The translations under genes were made by a program, and so were the position numbers. A stretch of 64,000 nt of DNA from Polyangiaceae bacterium (lineage in GTDB: Bacteria; Myxococcota_A; Polyangia; Polyangiales; Polyangiaceae), in assembly GCA_965222375.1 (NCBI GenBank), contig CBDCTZ010000016.1, positions 2,048,001 through 2,112,000 of the forward strand. The letters are read 5' to 3'. Position 1 is the stretch's first letter. Every line of letters starts with the position of its first letter. Shown one piece after another: positions 9,894 through 19,285 of this stretch. The notes beneath the pieces are model-generated. The model was not told the origin of the DNA. It searched no databases and saw nothing but the letters and a program-made list of their open reading frames with translations.

Positions 9894-10196
9894 CATGCGA
9901 CGCCCGAGGCAAGATGGACAAAAGCCGCGTCGCTTACAGCTGAAGGCGACCAGCTCAGAGTAACCGCAGTCGCGACAAGCAAGGCGCAAGCAACCATGCT
10001 CGAGCAAGCCGCAGCGCAGGTACTCCTCAAACTCGGCAGTCACGAAGCGAGGCAGACCGCCGTGCTCCTCCGCGCGCTCGAGGAACGCCGGCCAGTGCTT
10101 CTGCACCGTCTGGTAGAGCACGGTGGTTTCAGGGCGATGACGGAACCGGGAATGCTCGGGCTCGCGGCGAGGGTGTGCGTGCGCTGGGTGACCCAC
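9894..10196 (-). CDS. IS91 transposase B, N-terminal zinc-binding part
   Basis: 'RHRPETTVLYQTVQKHW..CRDCG..FSCKRRGFCPSCLGRRM'. Confidence 0.9.
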
Positions 10197-10207
10197 GCCA
10201 TGGCGTT

Positions 10208-10223
10208 AGCCAGGAGCGTGCCG
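10208..10223 (-). promoter_or_regulatory. Sigma-54-like -24/-12 site upstream of transposase B
   Basis: CGGCAC-gctcc-TGGCT; same position and spacing as the site in copy C. Confidence 0.4.
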
Positions 10224-10930
10224 CTCACGCTATGCCAGCAATTGCGCGCATACAGGCCTCTCGCGGGTGGCGAGGCGCCCGCCTCGGCATTGGCGAAGTG
10301 CCAGCGGAGGGCAGCAGCAGGAACTCGGGCTCACGGCCAGCACGCTTTGGCGGATGGCGCTGTGCATGCACGCGGGCCCGCGCCGGAAGGGCGGCGCTGT
10401 CGCCGTGCCTCCTTGCTCGCCCCGCTCGTGTCGTGTGCTTAGGAGACGCTCGGCCCATTGCCGGACCTCGAAGAAACGGTCGATGACGGGCTGGGTGGCC
10501 CATCCCCCCAAAACAAACCGGCTCGATCAGGTCAGGACTTGGTCGACTCGCTTGAAGGCTCGGCTGGAGGGGCCGAGTTTGGCGGAGACGCCGGCACTCC
10601 GAGTCGCAAGATTGCGCTCACGCTGACGCGGCAGCACCGCCGCCCATCCCTGTTCAACCAGCCGGCTCTAGGCTGCGCGTACGTGGCCATCTTTCATTTC
10701 TGAGCGCTTTCGGCTGCTCCACGAATGCACCCGCGCCGCAATGTCCCTCAGGTCATCTGTGCTCCCACCGTGGGTCCTGACCCAATGCACGGTACCCAGG
10801 AGCTCCATCCCAAGAGGCGTCTCGAAGCCCTTCGATCAGCTTCGCGACTCGTGCGAGGCGCTGCACCGACTCGGGGCGCTCTCCCAAAAGCTCTGCGCCG
10901 CCTCCACAGAGCCTGGGAAGGCTGCAACCT

Positions 10931-11689
10931 TCACTTGCTCGCACCGTTTGGGGCTCGATGTGGCTCTGGCGCCGGCCGCCGCTCCGGGCTTTCGCGGTCC
11001 GGCGCGGGCTCGGCGCGGGGCGGAAAGCTGACCCGCTTGCGGACGCCACCGGTGACCAGGAGAGCAGTGAGGCCACCGGCTTGGTTGGCGTCTTCGGGAA
11101 GCATCAACCGGACCCAACCGTCTTCGGCGGTCGTGCCAGTGACGAGGCGACCGTCGGGTAGGCGTAGGTGCACCTTGCGACTGGGCGCCGGATCCCGGTC
11201 CGTCGTGCGCTTCAATCGGCTGTCATCGCGGAACAGTTCAACGCGTTCGTGGGTGCTGATCAGGCTGAGGTCGTAGAGCAGTCGCACCGTGCCGACGGGA
11301 ATGGCGACGAGCGGCACGCCGTACCGGAGCTCCGGACGCGCATCACGAACACCCAGCAGAGCGGCCCCGCCAAGGATCACTCCCAAGTCGACTAGCATGA
11401 CGGCGAGCGGAGGTTGCTCGGAACGCGTGATTCTCACCTGCTGGGTGTCAACTGTACCCTTGGCGCACCGCCGAAGCTCGCGCACGCGGACGTCCACCCC
11501 ATCTGCACGCGGGGTAACCGTTGCATCGTGCTGCTCTTGGCAATTGTGCACGAACTTCGAGTCGCTGGTGATCAACCGCCGCGTCTCGCTCGTGCTTGCA
11601 CCCACGCACGACAGCAACACTACGCTAGTCGCCGCGGCTGAAGCTATTGGTAGGCTCGACCTTGCCAAAGACCCTTCCCAGCAAGGCAC
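10931..11689 (-). CDS. Hypothetical membrane or lipoprotein
   Basis: 252-aa ORF with two hydrophobic segments; start uncertain. Confidence 0.5.
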   Translation of the reverse strand: MPCWEGSLARSSLPIASAAATSVVLLSCVGASTSETRRLITSDSKFVHNCQEQHDATVTPRADGVDVRVRELRRCAKGTVDTQQVRITRSEQPPLAVMLVDLGVILGGAALLGVRDARPELRYGVPLVAIPVGTVRLLYDLSLISTHERVELFRDDSRLKRTTDRDPAPSRKVHLRLPDGRLVTGTTAEDGWVRLMLPEDANQAGGLTALLVTGGVRKRVSFPPRAEPAPDRESPERRPAPEPHRAPNGASK

Positions 11690-13140
11690 TAGTCCGGCGG
11701 CGTTCCCGGTCCGAGGGAGTCGAGACGAATGCGCACGATGGTGGTGGAATCGTCGGGGAACTGTGCGGTGGAAAAGACCTCGTCGTTGCTGAAACCGAGC
11801 GGCTCGTCGAAACCGGCGCCCTTGAGAATGGAGGGCATCTTCACGAGCCAGGAGACCCCGTCCGCGAGCCGAACGACCAGCAGATCCTTCGTAATCTTGT
11901 CGGCGCCGCCTACCCAGGTGTCCACCTGACGTGCGGCGTAGCCCACGCCCACTGCGAAGCCCGTCGGAATGAGCGGTCCGGGATCGGACCTGAGGCGCCG
12001 CGCCGTCGTCTCAACCGTGGCCTGGTCCGTCGAGAACGGAGCGGTCATGACTGACTGCGTGCTGAACTTGCCCGTGGCGGTCGTGAACGTGCCTTCGCCA
12101 TGGGTCCAGACCAGATCGCTGCCGTCGGTCCCGAAGTTGGCAGCGGCGCGGGTGTAGTCTCCGGGGTAGCGAATCAACGGCTGCGCACCCGTCTTCTCCG
12201 TCCACGCCATGACTCCAGACGCAACTCCAGAGCCAACACGAAACAAGACCGTGGGTCCGACGCCCTGCACGTTGTACGGAGGCAATCCCTCCACATCCTT
12301 GCTCGGGTCGAAGATCGTCACCTCGGCACCCGGACTGTCGAATCGCCGGCCGAATAGTCCGCTCTTCCAACGGATGATCCACTCGCTGGTCATGCGCCAG
12401 CTGGTGTGGTTGTACTGCTCGAGAGGTTGCTGGTAGGAAGCGTCGGGAAGGTGACCAATGGCGCCGCCCACGAACCCCTCGGTTCCCTTGACCTCGCCGC
12501 TATTGAAGTCACCGACCGCACCGAACAGGAACTTGCCGCCCTGCACGCCTCGGTCAGCGAGGGAACAGCCGAGCCCCACCTCCACGAACGCGTTGCGCAC
12601 CACGCCATCCGCTTCGGCCACGACGCTGTGACGCACAGCGTTGGTGCTATCGACCAGACGGAGGCGTGCGAACTGCAACACCACCTCCTTGGTTGCCTCG
12701 TCGTACCAGAACTTCGGGTGGAGCCGCATGGCCCCACTACTCGCCGTCCACGACGTTTTCATTCGCCGGCAGGACACACCAATCGGCCCGGGCTCTGGGC
12801 AGGGCTCCCACTCCACCGGGTCGAGCGCCTTGGCGCCAGGTCCGGGCACGTAGAAGCGACAGCCGCAGGAGTAGCCCGTGTACTCCAGGAAGCCCGCCGG
12901 CACCTCCTTCGGCAAGGGTTGTGACCCGCAGCCACCGTCGTTGCCGCTGCCTCCACTCCCACCACTCGAGATCGTACCGGCAGTTCCACCTCCCCAGACC
13001 AGGCCACCGCTACCTCCTGCACCACTCGCGCCCGCTCCGCCGCCACTGGGCTCTGCTGCGGAGCCGTCGTCCTCACTACAGCCACAGCCCGTGCTGGCAA
13101 GCAACGCAAGCAAAGCGGCCAGTCGCCGTGGATCCGTCAT
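11689..13140 (-). CDS. Hypothetical lipoprotein with Gly-rich linker and beta-rich body
   Basis: Signal peptide 'MTDPRRLAALLALLASTGC'; Gly/Ser linker; overlaps the upstream gene end. Confidence 0.75.
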   Translation of the reverse strand: MTDPRRLAALLALLASTGCGCSEDDGSAAEPSGGGAGASGAGGSGGLVWGGGTAGTISSGGSGGSGNDGGCGSQPLPKEVPAGFLEYTGYSCGCRFYVPGPGAKALDPVEWEPCPEPGPIGVSCRRMKTSWTASSGAMRLHPKFWYDEATKEVVLQFARLRLVDSTNAVRHSVVAEADGVVRNAFVEVGLGCSLADRGVQGGKFLFGAVGDFNSGEVKGTEGFVGGAIGHLPDASYQQPLEQYNHTSWRMTSEWIIRWKSGLFGRRFDSPGAEVTIFDPSKDVEGLPPYNVQGVGPTVLFRVGSGVASGVMAWTEKTGAQPLIRYPGDYTRAAANFGTDGSDLVWTHGEGTFTTATGKFSTQSVMTAPFSTDQATVETTARRLRSDPGPLIPTGFAVGVGYAARQVDTWVGGADKITKDLLVVRLADGVSWLVKMPSILKGAGFDEPLGFSNDEVFSTAQFPDDSTTIVRIRLDSLGPGTPPD

Positions 13141-14340
13141 CACATCCCGTGGGGTGCGCACTTGTGCCGATGAATCGGCTTCAGCGGCAGCGTTTCCAAG
13201 CGCTTCACGCGTGGTGGCTTCTTCTTGCCCTTGCGCCGCGTGACAAGCCAGTAGCCGGCATCGTCGACCACCGGCGCCATCGCCAGACGATGCTTTCGCA
13301 GCGTGGAGGTTTCTATGCTCAGCTCATCGCCGTCTTTGGAAAACCGCACCAAGAGGTGCTTGGGCCAGAGCTTCCCCGACAGCGCTAGGAGCACAGAACC
13401 ATCTCGATCCGTGACGAGATGGTGCTCGAAGAGGTGGCGAAACGAAAGCCGCTCCAGGAGCACGTCTACATGGCCGCTTTCCGGATCGATGGTCAGCAGG
13501 CGCCGGCGCACGAACGGCTTCCAATGCGCGGGGATCTCGTCCAATAGCCACAGCAGCCGGTCGCGATGAGAGTACGTAGCGGCACGTATGGATCCGAGCG
13601 AGGCATCCAGGCCAATCGATTGCCAACCGGGTTCTTCCAGGTACGCGATCCGTAAATGCCCTAGCAGATCCGAGACCGGGCCGCCCAACTGGAACAGCCG
13701 TCCGGTGCTTCGACTGTACACCGTAGTGAACTCTGAACTCGGACCCGAGGATGACGAGGGCTTGACCGGCGAGGCCTTGGCCGATGTGGACTGAAGCGAC
13801 GGTCCCGGGCCGATGATGGTGCCTTGCACGTCCGCTTGTGACAGCAAGCGACCGTTCGCAAAATACGCCGCTTCAGCCACCGAGCCGGTCGCTGGCTCGA
13901 TGCCGACGGCCAAAGGAGCCGACCAGCTCTTGCCGAGGTGAGCGGATGGTTCGGCCTGGTTCACCCATTCCAAGCCCTGCGCGAAGCTCGCGCCGAGGCT
14001 CTCACTGATCGGCGCGCGCAACGGAGCCAGCGAACCGACCGTCGTGAGCACTCCCGCGTCGCCGCCAGGCAGTACCGCGAGCACCCGAGATACCCGCAGG
14101 GGAAGCGCCGGCAGCTCTTCGAGACTGCACACGATGCATTCCGCAGCGGGCAGGCCCAGCGCCGGGCCGCAGTGCGGGCAATCGCGGCTGATAATCGGGA
14201 AGAACTGGGCGGGAAGCGGGCCGAGCAGGTTGACCGAGCGGTGGTACGCGTCGACCGGCTCGTAGTGGTTGGCAAGGCCTGTCGCGGCCACTGGCGCGAG
14301 TTCCGAAAGGTGAATGCCGGTGCCCAGGCTGTTGTCGGTC
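13140..14340 (-). pseudogene. C-terminal part of a large hypothetical protein, 5'-truncated by IS91 remnant D
   Basis: Protein-like frame 'LANHYEPVD..LLWLLDEI'; the N-terminus of the 517-aa ORF is antisense IS91 sequence. Confidence 0.55.
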
Positions 14341-14360
14341 GTGCCGATGGGCGTGCTGGC

Positions 14361-15054
14361 ATGGGGCATTCCCGGTTCCGTCATCGCCCTGAAACCACCG
14401 TGCTCTACCAGACGGTGCAGAAGAAGTCGTTCTTCGCACCGAGCACGAGTCGTGCCCGAACCGCCCGCCGACGATGCCACACACAAGCCCCCTCCCGCTC
14501 GAGGCGACCAGCTAGAGTTGCTCGACGAGTCAGACGACGCTCCGCCCTCTCGCAAGCGTTGGGCCTGGCTGCTCGCGCACGTCTTCAGGGCGGACATGGA
14601 GCACTGCCCTCGCTGCAACGGCCCGTTACGACGCGCTTCGTGATACCCGACGGGGTGATGGGCCGAGATTGCGACCACCCGCGCCGACATCACGCGGCTC
14701 CTGGCTGAGCAAGACCCTTGGGAATCCCACCCCTTCGGGTGTTCCGCAGCGGCTCCGACGGGGGACGGCCTTGGCCCGCGAGCTCCTCCGTGCCCTCGGG
14801 CTCAGCTGCCCGTGCCCGACCAGCTGCTGCTCCTGTTCCCGGGCAGCCCGATTGAGTGACCCGCACCGCGGTTCGGCCGACTTGCATCCTGCGCCTCGCC
14901 GACATCTCCGAAAAACCACCCTTTCGGCGCCCGGCTCACACGTCTGTCCGCTCCCCCTCCAAGCGGCTCCGCTGTTGGCCGCCCTGCCCAAACCGAAAAC
15001 TGCCTCCCCTACGCTCCCCCTCCCTCCTTTTCACACTTCGAATGTCCTACGCGC
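14361..15054 (+). mobile_element. Internally deleted IS91 derivative D (non-autonomous; lacks the LSR target site)
   Basis: MGHSRFRHRPETTVLYQTVQK joined at ~14423 to 'HRARVVP..WAWLLAHVFRADMEHCPRC', followed by the ori-like end. Confidence 0.85.
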
Positions 15055-15987
15055 CTGAAGGGGATCTTACCGTTGGCAGGCACCCGCAACGCCGACATTT
15101 TGACCAGCTTCGGCGCCTTCCCTGCATAGGCTGCCACCTTCGGAACCAGCGCGAAGGGAGTGTACGCTGCCAAATCCCCGGGAGGCTTCGTTGTGTTGCT
15201 CATGTCCGTTATGCAACCACACAGGGCCAGGGCCGACAGCCCTAGCAACGCCAACCTCCACATCAACCGGAGGCTAACATGGATCAGTCCGTACACCTCG
15301 GCTCGGGTCCCGACCTTCACGAATGCGCTACGATGGCGGGGGCGACCAGCAGTGCAGCAGCGGCGTCCCCGGTTCACGATACACGCCGGTGTAGGTTTCG
15401 CCGGGGACCTTCCCTCGGCCTGGATCATCGTCCAGTGCACGCCGTCGTTCCGTGCGCTCTCGAGCCACACCATCATGCGGCCGTAGAGGACGTTGTTCGG
15501 TACTGGAAACACCGGGGCGTTCTTCAACTGTAGCCCCAGTACAGGACGCTGCCGTCACTCTTCAACGCACAAGAGTGCCTGTCCCCAAGCGCCATACTGA
15601 CCACCGAGGTTAGACCGGGTACTGGTCCCGGAGCCAAGAACCCCCCAAGGGTTCCGCGCCCAAGCTTTCCCGACACGTTGCTCCCCCAGCATTCCGGCGT
15701 CCCGCCAACCAACGCGCAGGCGTGGTCCACCCCAACGAACACCGCGGTGGGTTCGCCGCTCAAGGACACGGCGACAGGCGCGGTAGAGGATACCGGCGGG
15801 AGAATCCCCCAACACCAGACTTTCCGACTACCGTCGGGACCATCCACCGCGCACCCGGCCCATCTTCCAGCACGCACGCTTCGCGGCTGGGTCAGCGCTG
15901 GCAGCTCAAACGGCACGGATGTGGCTTCCAGGGTGGTCTTCTTTCCGATCTGACCGCCCGTCGTGCGCCCTCCGCAACGCAACTTGC
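15055..15987 (-). pseudogene. Gene fragments between two IS91 ends: RCC1-repeat fragment and lipoprotein fragment
   Basis: 'VWCWG', 'GVDHACAL..CWGSNVSGKLG', 'LGDRHSCALKSDGSVLYWG'; 'MWRLALLGLSALALCGC'. Confidence 0.6.
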
Positions 15988-16179
15988 CACCGCGGTTCGG
16001 CCGACTTGCATCGTGCGCCTCGCCGACATCTCCGAAAAACCACCCTTTCGGCGCCCGGCTCACCCGTCTGTCCGCTCCCGATGCAATCGTCCCCGCCGTT
16101 GGCCGCCCCTCACAACCCGAACCCCTGCTTGCCCACAACCTCCACACCCGCGTTTTCACAGTTCGAATGTCCTACGCGC
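15988..16179 (+). repeat. Isolated second copy of the IS91 ori-end region
   Basis: Matches 14864-15054 and the reverse complement of ~5849-6000. Confidence 0.8.
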
Positions 16180-16310
16180 TCCAGTAATCTGTGGTGAGGG
16201 AATGGCTTAACATCCTTGAGCTTGCGTGGGGTGTTCGGAGCCTCAGACTGCGGCGCGAGCTCCGGATCGACGTATATGAAAAGCTTCCATGTTAGCGTCC
16301 CCGGGAAACT

Positions 16311-17633
16311 GTGAGGGTGATTGCATACATTTCCCTGTTGCTGGCAGCCGCGCCGGGATGCAGTGATGATGACAAATTGGTTCGGTCGTCGCCCGGCGGC
16401 GGAGGTGTGGCTTCCGGCGGGGTGGGCGGCGCTGCGGGCGCGAGCGGCGCTGCGGGCACTGGTGGCGCGCCCCTTCCGGAAATATCCCAGCTGATTTCTC
16501 TGCACCCCGACTCGATCTACGAATCCGAGCCCCACATTGCCGCTGACGGCAGGGGGCATCTAGTGGCGGCTTGGATCGCACTAGCGCCGACCCCGCGCGT
16601 CGCCTACGGGGTCTCCGCTGACGACGGAGCTACCTGGTCCGTGCCACGGTTTGCGCCCGATCCCGGTCTCCCTCGCGCAGGCGATCCCGCAGTCGCCGTG
16701 GATCGAGATGGTCGTTTCTTCTTGGCCTGGCTCGCCTTCAGCGGACCTGCCGGTGCAACTCCGAACGACGGCCGGGTGGTCGTCGCACAGATCGACCCGC
16801 AGACGGCCGGTGCTGGACCGTTTCGAACGGTATCGGACAGTAGCGATGCCACGCGAAGCCTCGACAAACCTTGGATCGCCTCCACTCCTTCAGGGGTACT
16901 CATCATCGCGTGGGTAGATTTGGCCAACAGTCGAACGTGGGTGGCGCGCTCGACCGATGGCGGGGACAATTTCGAAACCACCGTCGTGCAGGAGGGCAGC
17001 CAAGAGTTTGCGCCCGCGCTCTGTGCCGACCCGGCCAATGACAATGTGTATCTGCTGACTTGGCGAGACCAAGTGTACCGTTCAGGAGATGGCGGACTGT
17101 CGTGGAAGCTTGCGGCAGGGGATCCCGATGACTCAGGGACCCCCGCGCCACAGATGTTGTCGTGCGCCGCCAAGGACGGACAGCTGTGGGTCGCTTATGG
17201 CGACGGTACTGGCTCGCCAGGCGGGCCAACCTCACACCCGGCCAATCAAGTGCACGTTGTCCGTTCGACGGATGGGGGTGAGAGCTTTCAAGAAAACGTG
17301 ACCGCGTCTGGGCCTCTCCCGCCGGTGGGGTTCTTGGACCACCTCAACTACATGCTTGTCCCACATGACGACGGCATCCTCGACTTGCTGTACTACGTTG
17401 GCGAAGAGGGCGGGCCCGCGACGCTCGAACGCAGCATCTCGAGGGACGGAGGATTGACGTTCGCAAGGCGCACCCACGCGCTGCCGGGTACCTACACCAA
17501 CTCGCGCTCATCCCAGGCGTGGCTGGGCGACTACCTCGGCGTCGCAGTAAGCACCCATCACTACGCCACCTTCGCGGACAATAGCGGGGCCCTCGGCCGC
17601 AGTCACATTCGCTTCACCCGATCTGCGCGCTGA
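16311..17633 (+). CDS. Sialidase-like BNR/Asp-box beta-propeller lipoprotein
   Basis: Lipobox 'AAPGC'; repeated S-x-D-G-G-x-[ST]-[WF]; 'GDP', 'DKPW', 'GDY'. Confidence 0.8.
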   Translation: MRVIAYISLLLAAAPGCSDDDKLVRSSPGGGGVASGGVGGAAGASGAAGTGGAPLPEISQLISLHPDSIYESEPHIAADGRGHLVAAWIALAPTPRVAYGVSADDGATWSVPRFAPDPGLPRAGDPAVAVDRDGRFFLAWLAFSGPAGATPNDGRVVVAQIDPQTAGAGPFRTVSDSSDATRSLDKPWIASTPSGVLIIAWVDLANSRTWVARSTDGGDNFETTVVQEGSQEFAPALCADPANDNVYLLTWRDQVYRSGDGGLSWKLAAGDPDDSGTPAPQMLSCAAKDGQLWVAYGDGTGSPGGPTSHPANQVHVVRSTDGGESFQENVTASGPLPPVGFLDHLNYMLVPHDDGILDLLYYVGEEGGPATLERSISRDGGLTFARRTHALPGTYTNSRSSQAWLGDYLGVAVSTHHYATFADNSGALGRSHIRFTRSAR

Positions 17634-17889
17634 AGCGGCACCTCGAAGGCCTATGACGCGCGTGAGCCCCATCGTAGGCCTTGCCCACCTCGCTCAGCAG
17701 CAATCGCCGATGCACAGTGGCCCACAGATGGCAATAAGGAGGGTCCACCCCTCGAGATTGATGGCAGCCTGGGATGTCCGCGTAAATGCCTGCCGTCACC
17801 CGGCGCCCCTCTCAGGAAAGCCGCGCCTCCGGGCGCCGGACTGGAACAAGCAGGGAAGAAATATCCCACCTGGCCGTACATCGCGGGAC

Positions 17890-18873
17890 ATGAACCGTTC
17901 CCGGCCAGTTTTGTCGCTGATTGCGGCCCTGCTTCTGGGTTGCAGCAGCAGTGGTGTGGGTGGCGGCTCTTTGCCAGACGGTGGAGCGCCGGCCCCGGGT
18001 TTTGGGGGGTTTGGCTCTGGGCCGGGCCCGGGAACCGGCGCCGGCCCGGCAACTGGCACCGGAGCTACGCCAGGCTTCGGAGGCTTCGGCAGTTTCGGCT
18101 CGGGAGGTAACCAAACAGGTGGCACCGGCGCGACGGCCCCGGGTGGCGGAGGAAATGCCGCTACCGGCGGCAGCGGCGGTGGCGCCCAGACCTGCAGCGG
18201 ATGGCCGTCGGGAACCAGCGGCGTCACTCAAGGCAAGACCTTGCCGTCCCACCTCGCTTGGCAAGGCTATGCGGCCGGTCAATCGAATCCGAGCTCCGTA
18301 TCGGTCCAAGATCTCTACGACTGCAACGGGACGCGCGGGGTCAACGCCATCTTGTTCATCAGTGCGAGCACGTCTTGTGGGATCTGCAAGTCCGAGGCGA
18401 GCAAGCTCGAATCCAAGATGCAGTATTGGAAGACCCTTGGCATCCAGGTCGTGACCCTGATGCTCAGCCCGAAGAATGTCGAAGCGGCCAAGTCTTGGAA
18501 GGACGCCTACGGCTTGCATTCCTCGGCAGTGGTATCGGATCCGAACTACTCCATGGCCTACACCACGACGGTGGGCACGCCCCTGCACACCGTGGTCAAT
18601 CCGCGCAACATGCAGGTCGTGAAGACTCAGATGGGTGGAGGTAGCGGCTCCTACTCCGCCCTGGAGACGCTGGCTCAGCAGAACAAGCAAGGCGGCGGTG
18701 GTACCGGTGGCAGCCCCGGTACGGGCGGGTCGACAGGAACCGGCGGTTCCACCGGCGGCTTGAGTTGTATGGGCTATTGCGGCACCGAAACTCAGGTGGG
18801 TGGCTCTTGCTACTGCGACAGCCAGTGCATCCAATACGGTGACTGCTGCCCCGACTACGGGCAGGTTTGCTGA
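17890..18873 (+). CDS. Lipoprotein with a thioredoxin-fold (CGIC) domain and a C-terminal somatomedin-B-like domain
   Basis: 'LLLGC' lipobox; 'SASTSCGICKSEA..GTP'; 'SCMGYCG..CYCDSQCIQYGDCCPDY'. Confidence 0.75.
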   Translation: MNRSRPVLSLIAALLLGCSSSGVGGGSLPDGGAPAPGFGGFGSGPGPGTGAGPATGTGATPGFGGFGSFGSGGNQTGGTGATAPGGGGNAATGGSGGGAQTCSGWPSGTSGVTQGKTLPSHLAWQGYAAGQSNPSSVSVQDLYDCNGTRGVNAILFISASTSCGICKSEASKLESKMQYWKTLGIQVVTLMLSPKNVEAAKSWKDAYGLHSSAVVSDPNYSMAYTTTVGTPLHTVVNPRNMQVVKTQMGGGSGSYSALETLAQQNKQGGGGTGGSPGTGGSTGTGGSTGGLSCMGYCGTETQVGGSCYCDSQCIQYGDCCPDYGQVC

Positions 18874-19285
18874 CTGGAGTCAGCAGCGGGCAACCAGCCA
18901 AGTCAGCCACGACATGCGCTTCCGAAGCCCGCGTTCACGAACCAGTTGCAGCCGGACGCACTCGCCGCCGTGGGTGGCACCCTGTACTGGGGCAACTAGG
19001 ACAAGTGTGAGGCAGGGCCCGACCGTGCCACCTGGCGTGGCAAGGCTGCGCGGTCGGATACGGTCTAGAGGAGTGCGAACATCGGCGTCTGGCTGAAAAC
19101 GGTGGCCTATAGGAACCAAATAGCACCCGCGCAGCAGAACTCACTAGTAGCGCAGCTGCCGACGCTTCAAGGCGTCAGCACCTCGCGGGGGCCCAATGTA
19201 ATCCACTACTTGGAAGCGGTACGGTGATTGCTTGCTCAACCCTGAAACCCGCATCCGATCAACCCTGCGGGAGAGGACTGAGACA

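Larger units (their letters stand above)
5849..10300 (-). mobile_element. IS91-family element B, apparently complete, carrying LSR element copy 2
   Basis: Split transposase, ori-like end, and an upstream region homologous to 29840-29942; left/ter boundary approximate. Confidence 0.8.

Noticed and set aside
10741..11031. Possible tyrosine-recombinase relic ('GVSKPFDQLRDSC') as the island integrase
   Set aside because: The HxLRH motif is not conserved and no other catalytic motifs are visible
13140..14693. 517-aa ORF as one gene
   Set aside because: Chimera of antisense IS91 remnant and a truncated gene
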